A DNA stretch of 49,402 nucleotides from an uncultured Bifidobacteriaceae bacterium (GTDB lineage Bacteria > Verrucomicrobiota > Verrucomicrobiia > Limisphaerales > UBA11358): contig CAYUGC010000003.1 of assembly GCA_964444085.1 (NCBI GenBank), positions 1 through 49,402 of the forward strand, written 5' to 3'. A program made the translations under genes and the position numbers. Position 1 is the first letter of the stretch; each line of letters begins with the position of its first letter. Of the stretch, positions 8,801-14,551 are shown one piece after another. The notes below the pieces were generated by a model that worked only from the letters and a program-made list of their open reading frames with translations, was not told the DNA's origin and did no database searches.

Positions 8801-9576
8801 GGGCCGTTGGTGTCGGCGGCCCCGTGAAAACCGGTGAACTTGACCGCGTTGTGGAGGATATTCGTGTTGTTCGGATCCATCAGCCAGATGCCGTGGTTGC
8901 CGGCGTCGGCGATGGCCAGCTTGCCGGTCGCCAGATACGCGAGGCCGCGCAGCGAGGTCTTGGCGTTGGTGACGACGCCGACGATGCTGCTCACGCCGGC
9001 GGGTGTGACCTTGATGACGGTGTTGCCCTTGACCGTGAGGTAGGCGTTATTGAAACCGTCCAGACTGATGCCCGCCGCGTTGGTCAGGTGCGTGGCGTTG
9101 GTGGAGATGACGATTCGAAGTTGGTAATCGTTATTAGCGACAAATAAGTTGCCGTTGAACACCATCAGGCTGCCGTTCTTCCCGTTGCCGTAATTCAGGA
9201 CGTAAATATTGGTGGCGGAATCCACCGCCACGCCCATGGGATGACTGATGCCGTTCTGGGCGTTGTAGGCGGTGAAGGTGGTGCTGGAGGCCTGGCCGAG
9301 GTTATTGACCATGCGGATGGCATTGTTCGTGGCATCGGCGACGAACAGCAGCGAACTGGACGGGTCGAGCGCGATGCCCGCCGGGAAGCGGAACTGCGCG
9401 GTGTTTAAAGTGTTGCCGTTCGCATAGCCGGCCCGGCCGTGGTTGGCGTCGTTCAAGGTGGTGACCGTAGCCTGGCCGAAGGCATGTGTGCCGCCCAGCG
9501 CCAGCATCAGGCCAAGGCCGCAGGCGAGGTGGCCAAACCGGCTCTTTAACAACCTGCGAAAAGTTGAAACATTCAT
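2854..9576 (-). CDS. Giant (2,240 aa) secreted NHL-repeat beta-propeller protein with FN3, cohesin-like and dockerin-like modules and a C-terminal '...FYRV' module
   Basis: Signal peptide MNVSTFRRLLKSRFGHLACGLGLMLALGGTHAFGQA. Four propeller modules with NHL-type blades (PAGIALD..NLYIAD..NNAVQ; ADYGNNRLV). FN3 (LVATASYGQVSLTWSASLGATNYNVKRS...YYYVVSAVN). Cohesin-like GQTFYAPVTLTMLPNTQIYSLQFNL and GQTIQVPITADIFGIYPLRVLMLNLNV. Dockerin-like GDGALDVCDVYVTFRRSL. Tail GDGISNWQKYVAGVNP...KYVIERSFSL...KFYRVQILP. Confidence 0.9.
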   Translation of the reverse strand: MNVSTFRRLLKSRFGHLACGLGLMLALGGTHAFGQATVTTLNDANHGRAGYANGNTLNTAQFRFPAGIALDPSSSLLFVADATNNAIRMVNNLGQASSTTFTAYNAQNGISHPMGVAVDSATNIYVLNYGNGKNGSLMVFNGNLFVANNDYQLRIVISTNATHLTNAAGISLDGFNNAYLTVKGNTVIKVTPAGVSSIVGVVTNAKTSLRGLAYLATGKLAIADAGNHGIWLMDPNNTNILHNAVKFTGFHGAADTNGPAAYAAFNGPQTVIQAGNGILVVADRSNQKVKTVDANGTVSRLYGVKQKYWGKVASLVTLGWNDGTVNPIETQDMVQSRQPYGLALAADGTLYDTETYYNLLRKITGTGLTGVAPGLPPLFHKPAGIALDASGQNLYIADQVNNAVQLLNLVNNQTSTFLTITNGVNQPASVLIDTNQNIFVLNQNAGTNGSVLEFDVFGNLLATNITGLNMPTAFTMDGYGNLFITEQGGNIRAFGSGVSNILATITNANVSLQGIAIFDDGAIAVSDAGNHVIWTVNPITKKYTRLTGQLAVPGTTLGTSNFAKLYQPHQLARAGGNQLVLADYGNNRLVNVTRAGSITNVLNSTNASVWFGQAGDPVPNTSSRFPVMIQPFGVAVGPGGLVYASETYFNDIRGLTGTGVTQPPTGPFDVLPYFNLPAGIAYDPYGNNVFIADPSQNAVQMLDLQSNLTTTFLSSLDGLSQPVSVLVDTNEYIYVLNQNGGVNGFISAYDIYGNPLGDVAEGLNQPNAFLQDGYGNFFVAEQGGAIRVFGAGISNTIVTITNAGVSLQGIALFDDGSIAVSDSGNQVIWSINAITKSYTRLTGKLGVPGNTLGASNFAKLNLPHQLTRAANNLIVVADYGNNRLVTVNRAGAITNVLNSANADVWFGLPGDPVLNTSPQFVPMVQPSGVAVGGGFVFASEVFYDDIRGVTGSGITAAAFNPGVPLPVFAQPAGIALNTVGNKLFITDPTNNTVSVLDLVLNTTTPFLTASNGIYQPVDVAVDGSDNLYVLNQGTGGNGSIYEYDQFGNLLATNAAGLPFPTAMKLKFNGDLYVAEQTGAVQWFSGGTSNTLATINTNASVQLEGITILDNGSVVVSDAGNHVIWKIAPGATNAVLFTGILGTPGKTLGAAGFAKLNTPLRLATALGGQLAIVDSGNNRVVIANDLGSVSVVLNSTNANLWFGQPIDPVQPGSPNFVSMLSPVGIALSASGTVYVSETTYKDIRGILNSGFYPLPPPPFAPLNLVATASYGQVSLTWSASLGATNYNVKRSESSGGPYTTKGSTSGTGYTDTTVQNGKTYYYVVSAVNAGGEGFNSAEASATVPFPPVPDPQIGYVDFPATTFPVYSSVFHQEASFIFNNDDSPIIILGTAGSQTYYTYGATGTNSIPDPTTNSASAPVGYTDGMAQSQVAIYNVNPHLPDFTIKAMGAKQDGSPNSSIASGRFQFVTANPNISGDNAAQFHISDVTDNAHLYYTIDGTDPSATNGVDLGTVATRTNFWTVGFPITTNTLFKVIAVRPNYQDSAIVSTSFSPSNFVANVISFGFASGEASSDFVAAPGQTFYAPVTLTMLPNTQIYSLQFNLTATNAGPNPGPAITPGAFDFSSFLMQPDLDIPGFFIPIPPFMFEASGALPQPDSSSFLYNGNWFQSLLFTNLSDNLLSVGWIERMSRTNLYNTKGQDLITYSMAHDVMHSEGGGKIEVGGYAFQVPISATNGQTYQIQIGRPSATSDGIGAPGADVYIDAPTNGSTAGGSPINALKFVTVGQRKYIAGSVYPFRWFNAGDFGSSNIVSADVEQVYQSATYGPTTLNVPPSDTDFYDGMDSCGNIGVLDTDPADVNYNYYTNSYSAAAINPLFDGNDTTINQIAFGDGALDVCDVYVTFRRSLDPSLTWYRRFWNDGTRVAETTPNVAAHAALRSASAKVQSHTAVSPQVNFTAGDTNGNAYGAAGQTIQVPITADIFGIYPLRVLMLNLNVTPLDGAPPLTNAVSFSQNPTLGAPFTSEAYGNGNFSAAWLNSTNTGLTGTVTVGTLSVRIPAGTPVNATYAVHFDHASASPNGLASFPNQTLTGIITCTNAGVTSNVSKAASAKAAVGSPNNSSYGDGIPDVWRLRWFGTVHNLLSVSNACPSGDGISNWQKYVAGVNPNVPNNFPKLKTKSSGHGATDPSTIHWPSVSNKKYVIERSFSLFPGSWSAIATNTGTGADLQFTDTNSNKVKFYRVQILP
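5812..8451 (-). repeat. Three tandem ~880-bp (~293-aa) coding repeats (propeller modules 2-4) inside the giant ORF; a more diverged module 1 lies at ~8452-9399
   Basis: Module boundaries come from my residue count: aa 376-670, 671-962, 963-1255. Long near-identical stretches, e.g. SLQGIAIFDDGAIAVSDAGNHVIW / SLQGIALFDDGSIAVSDSGNQVIW / QLEGITILDNGSVVVSDAGNHVIW. Confidence 0.8.
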
Positions 9577-9600
9577 GGTTGTATTGGTATTAACTGAAAA

Positions 9601-11301
9601 TTACCGGGTGTTTTCCGTGATGGGATCGCTCCAGTTCCCGCGCGGCACGGGGCTGTCCCAAGCCTGCTTGGGATTCATCGTCTGCTTCATCCGCTCCGGC
9701 GTGCTTTTGAGAAAATCGCCCGACTTGGTGGCGACTTGGAAATCCGAATCCTTGATGATGGTTGGTGTGATGAAGATGAGCAGGTTGTCCTTGTCCATCG
9801 ACTTGCTGGAGCTGCGGAAGAAAAAGCCGAGGCCGGGAACGTCGCCCAACAACGGTACCTTGGTGTAGTTGGCTTGCGGATTGTCCTTCACGAGGCCGCC
9901 CAGCACCAAGGTGTTGGCATTGGGAATCAGCACTTGGGTCTCGATCTTGCGGGTGTCAAATTCCGGTGCCAGCAAGCCGCCGGGGCCGGTGCCATAACCG
10001 AAGAAGCTGGAAACTTCCGGCAATACGTGGAGCCAGATATAGTCGTTGGCGGAGATTCGCGGCGTGACATGCAAAACGGTGCCCACGTTGGAATAGTTCA
10101 CGCTGGAACCGCCGCCGGAGACATTTGCCACCGCCGCCTGGATATTGAAAACCGGATAAGTTCTGGTGACGTTAATGGAAGCCTCCTCGTTGTCCAGCGT
10201 CACAATGCGCGGGGTGGACATCACTTGGGCGTCGGACGAGGCGTTCAAAAAGGACAGCACCGCGCTTAAACCGTCCGCGTTCAAGAAACCGGTGGCCGGT
10301 GTGAACCCGCTCTTGGTGCCCCACGAAAGCCCGCCGCCGGTGCTGGCAGGATTGATACTATTATTGAGGGTTCCGATTTGGTCATTGCCGCTCGGAACAG
10401 TGATAGGGTCGCCTTTACCGTCTTTCCCAACGGTGATGGGGGTGCCGGGAAATGTTGTGGTCATGGTTCCAGCCATTGTGCCGTTGCCGAAATTGACGTG
10501 CTGCGATTGCAGCGTGCCGCTCCAGTCCACGCCCTTCGTGGTCGTGGGGTTCGAGGAAATTTCCACCAGCCGCGTTTCGATCAGCACCTGTCGCGTGGGC
10601 TTGTCGAGCTGGGCCACGAGCGATTCCACGGCCTGCTGTTCGGGGTCGGTGGCCACCACCACCAACTGGCTGGTGCGGGGGTCCGTGAGTACCTTGCTGC
10701 GCTTGTCTGAAAGCACGGACTGCGCGTGCTCGACGAGATTGGAAACACTGGCGTATTTCAACTGGATGACCTTCGTGAACAGCGGCGGCGGCGCGGTGGG
10801 ATCCTTCATCGTGATGCGGTCAATGCCGGTGCGCTTGTCGTGGGTGAGTTGCAGGCCGTAGTTGTCCAGCAGCGCCAGCAGCGCGCTTTCCGCCGTGATG
10901 TTTTCCCAGCGGATCGAAAGCGTCGGCTCCACCTTGATCTGGCCGTTCGCGTCCGGCTGGCCGTAGCCGATTTTCGGGTCGAGCATATAATTGATGCCGG
11001 CGAGGCGCGCGAGGTTTTCAACCGCCGTGGTGATCGGCACGTCGGAAAATTTGATCTGCGGGATGCCGGCGTTCGCGGTCGCGGCATTGGTGTCAGGCTC
11101 CGTCGCCGGTGCCGGCGCGGTGATCGCGGCGGCGTTGGTGTCCGCCAGCGGTGGCGGCGGCACCGGGGCATTCGTGTCTGCCGCCGGGGCGACCGCCACG
11201 GAGTTCGTGGCGGGGGCGTCGGTGGTCGCGGGCGGATTGGTTTGCGCCACGGCGGAGAACAGGCAGGCCAGCGTGAGGAGCAGGGTGGTGATGGTTTTCA
11301 T
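9601..11301 (-). CDS. pilQ: Type IV pilus / type II secretion-family secretin
   Basis: Start trimmed to MKTITTLLLTLACLFSAVAQ (ATG at 11301). Ala/Pro/Thr-rich linker. STN-like VPITTAVENLARLAGINYMLDP. N1-type VIQLKYASVSNLVEH...LTDPRTSQLVVVATDPEQ. Secretin core ...VLIETRLVEIS...VPLLGDVPGLGFFFRS...LLIFITPTII. Confidence 0.9.
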   Translation of the reverse strand: MKTITTLLLTLACLFSAVAQTNPPATTDAPATNSVAVAPAADTNAPVPPPPLADTNAAAITAPAPATEPDTNAATANAGIPQIKFSDVPITTAVENLARLAGINYMLDPKIGYGQPDANGQIKVEPTLSIRWENITAESALLALLDNYGLQLTHDKRTGIDRITMKDPTAPPPLFTKVIQLKYASVSNLVEHAQSVLSDKRSKVLTDPRTSQLVVVATDPEQQAVESLVAQLDKPTRQVLIETRLVEISSNPTTTKGVDWSGTLQSQHVNFGNGTMAGTMTTTFPGTPITVGKDGKGDPITVPSGNDQIGTLNNSINPASTGGGLSWGTKSGFTPATGFLNADGLSAVLSFLNASSDAQVMSTPRIVTLDNEEASINVTRTYPVFNIQAAVANVSGGGSSVNYSNVGTVLHVTPRISANDYIWLHVLPEVSSFFGYGTGPGGLLAPEFDTRKIETQVLIPNANTLVLGGLVKDNPQANYTKVPLLGDVPGLGFFFRSSSKSMDKDNLLIFITPTIIKDSDFQVATKSGDFLKSTPERMKQTMNPKQAWDSPVPRGNWSDPITENTR

Positions 11302-11365
11302 GGCTTGAATGGGTTGGTTCAATTGATTTTGGCCGGAGATTTTTTTATTGGATTGTCTGGGTTCG

Positions 11366-11836
11366 TCAGGGTTCCACGTTGAGGCGGTGGAGTTGTCCAT
11401 TGATTTCCACGATGACGACGCTGTTCTGGATTTCCACGCAGCGCAGGTGCACCGGGCCGCCGGCGGTCTTGACATCGCCCTCTTCGCCCACGGAAAAGGT
11501 ATGATTGTTGATGATGGCAAACAGGTGGCCGGGCGTGCCGGAGACGCCGGGAACCTTTAGCGAGGTGATCTCCACGGTGTGCGACGCGGCCATGGCGTTC
11601 TCCACGGCGCGGACGGATTCGGGATAAAACGGATCGCGTCCGTCCCGGACGCTGGTGGGCAGGACAAACACGGACGGGATGTTGCCGAAGCCGGTCGAGA
11701 TGGCGGCCTTCTTTTCCGGGACGGCCTTGGTGGCGGGCGGTGTCTTGGTGTCCGCCGCTGACGCCGTGGTCCCGGACGCCCACGCCAGGCCGGCGGCCAG
11801 CGCCGCCAGCAGAAAAAGTTGGGGGGATTTTTTCAT
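11366..11836 (-). CDS. Small secreted pilus-assembly protein in the PilP position
   Basis: 156 aa. Signal peptide MKKSPQLFLLAALAAGLAWASG. Sits between the pilO-like gene and pilQ. Assignment rests on position and size only. Confidence 0.5.
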   Translation of the reverse strand: MKKSPQLFLLAALAAGLAWASGTTASAADTKTPPATKAVPEKKAAISTGFGNIPSVFVLPTSVRDGRDPFYPESVRAVENAMAASHTVEITSLKVPGVSGTPGHLFAIINNHTFSVGEEGDVKTAGGPVHLRCVEIQNSVVIVEINGQLHRLNVEP

Positions 11837-11840
11837 GGGT

Positions 11841-12413
11841 TCACGCGTTCGGTTTCACCAGCGCGGCGATTTCCAGGCGGAAGGAAAGTTTTTCGCCCTG
11901 CGCCTCGGGGCCGCCGGCCGTGTCAATGACCAGGTTGGTCACGCGCATGTGCGGGAATTTATTTTCCAGGTCGGCGATGAATTTGCCGATGTCATGGTAA
12001 TAGCCGCTGCCGAGGATCTGGAACTTGATCTGCTTGTAGGGGCAGTTGCCAACCAGGTCCACTTCGGACAGCACCGGCTGGCCGATGGAGGTGATATCAA
12101 CCTTGTGCGGGGTTTTGAACTGCCGGATGGTGTCGTAGGTCCAGGCAAACACGTCGCCGGTCGCGGAATCATCCTCGGCGCGGGCGAGTAACTGTGAAAT
12201 CTCCGCCACCCGGTCGCTGGTCGCGCCGGCCTGCTTGACGGTCTGCTTGATCTGCTGCAACCGTGCCCGGTCGGTGGCTTCGGCGGCGCCAAGTTTCTGG
12301 TTTCCCTCCTTTTGCGGGCTGATGAGGAGGAAATAAACCATGCCGATCAGGCCGGCGGTTCCCGCGAGGACGAGAATCAGCTTGTTGCGTTTGTCGGGTG
12401 GCAGGCGTTTCAT
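11841..12413 (-). CDS. pilO: PilO-like type IV pilus inner-membrane alignment protein
   Basis: 190 aa. N-terminal TM (KLILVLAGTAGLIGMVYFLLI), a coiled-coil segment, then a ferredoxin-like C-terminal part. Operon position matches. Confidence 0.7.
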   Translation of the reverse strand: MKRLPPDKRNKLILVLAGTAGLIGMVYFLLISPQKEGNQKLGAAEATDRARLQQIKQTVKQAGATSDRVAEISQLLARAEDDSATGDVFAWTYDTIRQFKTPHKVDITSIGQPVLSEVDLVGNCPYKQIKFQILGSGYYHDIGKFIADLENKFPHMRVTNLVIDTAGGPEAQGEKLSFRLEIAALVKPNA

Positions 12414-13084
12414 CGGATGGTCCTGTCGTTAAAACGGCACTCCAGCGTGAACGAGACAAAGGGCTTGCCGTTCAACCCAATTTGCGGCGAGGACAACGTT
12501 GTCAGCTTCACGCTGTTGGTCGTGTCCAGATTTGACTTGAAAAACGGGTTGCGTATGAGGGCGTCCTTGTAGCGGTTCACCTGATCGCCGGGGTTGGGGC
12601 TGGCGTCCTTCGCGTCCAGAGTCATGACGATGTGCTGCGTGACGGTCGGCGGGCGGCCGGCTAAGACGCCGAAATCATTGGTTTTGTCCGGCGTGCCGGC
12701 GGTCTGGGTGAAGTTCTGTTCCAGCTTGACGCGCAGCAGTTGCACGTTCGGCACATAGACCTGCTGGAGCCCGTTGAGCAGGTTGCCCTGCAGGAAGCGG
12801 TTCGTGTTGATCTGCAGCAGCGCGTCCAGCTGGCGCATGCCGTCGTTGATTTTTTTCTGGTTGAACTGCACCTGTGCAAACTCGTTCGTGTGCGCGTCAA
12901 TCTCGATGTCCACCGTGTTTTTGCGCTGCTGCGTGAGCTTGTATTCCAGCCAGGTGGAGCTGAACCACACTAGCGAGAGCGCCACCAGAAAGGCGCCGAT
13001 GAAAATCGAGCGCTTCACCGGGTCGCGCCGGCGCAACTCCTCCTCCTCCAGCGCCTCGTTCAATAAATTGATTCGTATGGGCAT
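12410..13084 (-). CDS. pilN: PilN-like fimbrial assembly protein
   Basis: 224 aa, begins MPIRINLLNE (typical PilN INLL motif), then one TM (SIFIGAFLVALSLVWF). 4-nt overlap with pilO. Confidence 0.7.
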   Translation of the reverse strand: MPIRINLLNEALEEEELRRRDPVKRSIFIGAFLVALSLVWFSSTWLEYKLTQQRKNTVDIEIDAHTNEFAQVQFNQKKINDGMRQLDALLQINTNRFLQGNLLNGLQQVYVPNVQLLRVKLEQNFTQTAGTPDKTNDFGVLAGRPPTVTQHIVMTLDAKDASPNPGDQVNRYKDALIRNPFFKSNLDTTNSVKLTTLSSPQIGLNGKPFVSFTLECRFNDRTIR

Positions 13085-13091
13085 AGGTGCG

Positions 13092-14174
13092 TCAGTAAAT
13101 CGCCAGCGCGGTGCCGATGGCCACCGTCAGTTGCGGTCCGATGTGGTCAATCTCCACGGCCTGCTGCCCCGGCAGCGCCAGTTGCAGGAAGCCCGTCGGG
13201 TTCCATGTCTTGCATTCCACCAGGAGTTCTGACCGCAAAATCTGCAAAATCATCTCCGAGCGCGTCGAGCCGCCGCTCAGGTAGATTTCCGAGACCGGCC
13301 GGTCCTGCTGGTGTTCGAAGAAATCCAGCGACGCGCGGATCTCGCGGCCCAGCGGCACCACCTGCGACTGCAGGTGAACTTCAATTTCCGGCGCCATGCC
13401 CACCTTGATGCCCTCGGCCTCGGCGTAGCTGATGCTCATCGCCTCGGACAGGCCGGCCGTGATCTGGTCGCCACCGATGTTGATGGTGCGGCTCGTCGCC
13501 AGCTCGCCGCGGTCCAGCACGCAGACCGAGGTGTGCTTGAAGCCGATGTCCACCAGCGCCACGGCTTCCTTGGCATAGACCTCCGGCTGCGCCTTTTCGA
13601 ACGCGTTGATGGGGCCGAGCAGTCCGGGCACCAGCGCGTCCGGCACCAGGCCCGCCGCCTTGGCGGCCTGCATGAAGTCGGCGATGATCTGCTGCTTGGC
13701 CGCCGCCGCGAGCACCTTCAATTTTTTCGGCGCCGCCGAGACCGCCTTGCCGTCCTCGGGCTTGTCGCTCAGGCGCGGCGGGATGATGTAGCAGTCAAAC
13801 GCGTGGTTCGGCAGATCCTGCTGGAGATAATTCTTGTGGTTCATCTTCACGATGGCGCGCAGTTCGTCCAGCGGCATCTGCGGCAATTCCACCTGCCGCA
13901 CCAGCGCGTCGCCCAGGCCGACGGCGGCGGCGATGTATTTCGCGTTGCCGCCGAGCGCCTCGGCCACGGCATGCAGGTGGTCGGCGAGCAGCTCGGGGGA
14001 GATTTTCTTGTCCACGATGGGCGCGTCCAGCAGGGCGAAACGGGTCAGGGCGAGAAGTTCCCCGCGGCGTTCGAGCAGCACGGCCTTGGTGGTGCGGCTG
14101 CCCAGGTCCACGGCGATGATCTGGGCGCGCTTCTTCCTTGTGTCTCCATTTACAAATGGAATGGTGAAACCCAT
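13092..14174 (-). CDS. pilM: PilM, actin-fold type IV pilus assembly ATPase-like protein
   Basis: 360 aa. IIAVDLGSRTTKAVLLERRGE..., ...ALVDIGFKHTSVCVLD..., ...IYLSGGSTRS (FtsA/PilM-type phosphate and adenosine motifs). Confidence 0.85.
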   Translation of the reverse strand: MGFTIPFVNGDTRKKRAQIIAVDLGSRTTKAVLLERRGELLALTRFALLDAPIVDKKISPELLADHLHAVAEALGGNAKYIAAAVGLGDALVRQVELPQMPLDELRAIVKMNHKNYLQQDLPNHAFDCYIIPPRLSDKPEDGKAVSAAPKKLKVLAAAAKQQIIADFMQAAKAAGLVPDALVPGLLGPINAFEKAQPEVYAKEAVALVDIGFKHTSVCVLDRGELATSRTINIGGDQITAGLSEAMSISYAEAEGIKVGMAPEIEVHLQSQVVPLGREIRASLDFFEHQQDRPVSEIYLSGGSTRSEMILQILRSELLVECKTWNPTGFLQLALPGQQAVEIDHIGPQLTVAIGTALAIY

Positions 14175-14245
14175 GGGTGATTCTTATCGGTTGGTCAGTT
14201 TTGTTTCAAGACTGATTTTTGGTTTTCTTTTTCCGACCCTTGCCA

Positions 14246-14261
14246 AGCAGTTGCCGCGCCA
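14246..14261 (-). promoter_or_regulatory. sigma54-type -24/-12 promoter candidate upstream of pilM
   Basis: The minus strand reads TGGCGCGGCAACTGCT (GG and GC spaced as in the TGGCACG-N4-TTGCW consensus), ~72 nt upstream of the pilM ATG. Near-identical to the box at 17682-17697. Confidence 0.5.
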
Positions 14262-14344
14262 ATCCGGCGGCGGCGGATGGGATAAGTTGTGTAATCCTCC
14301 CGCCGCCCCCCCGCCGGGCGGCTCCGGCGTTGGTTGTATCCGAA

Positions 14345-14424
14345 TTTGGAGTGCGGCAACATGTTGCCGCTTTCCGCCGCCGCGACATGTCGCGGCATTC
14401 CCCAGCGCGGACGTGTCCGCGCAC
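14345..14424 (-). repeat. 80-nt triple-palindrome intergenic element, copy B (inverted relative to copy A at 30957-31036)
   Basis: Three palindromes: CGGCAACATGTTGCCG, GCGACATGTCGC, GCGGACGTGTCCGC. I count 61/80 identities to copy A when reverse-complemented. Flanked by the direct repeat CGGCTCCGGCGTT(T)GG at 14319-14333 and 14439-14454. Confidence 0.7.
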
Positions 14425-14513
14425 TACCAATCAGGACACGGCTCCGGCGTTTGGGGACAGAGAATCTTTACCCGCCGTCCACCGGCTGTCTTTGTGGGTG
14501 ACAAGGCTGTCCT

Positions 14514-14543
14514 GAAAAATTCCGCCCGGCCGGAGGCGGGCGG
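14514..14543 (-). terminator. Rho-independent terminator after the minor-pilin operon
   Basis: Minus strand: CCGCCCGCCTCCGGCCGGGCGG hairpin followed by AATTTTT, starting 8 nt after the stop at 14552. Confidence 0.55.
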
Positions 14544-14551
14544 GGACAAAA

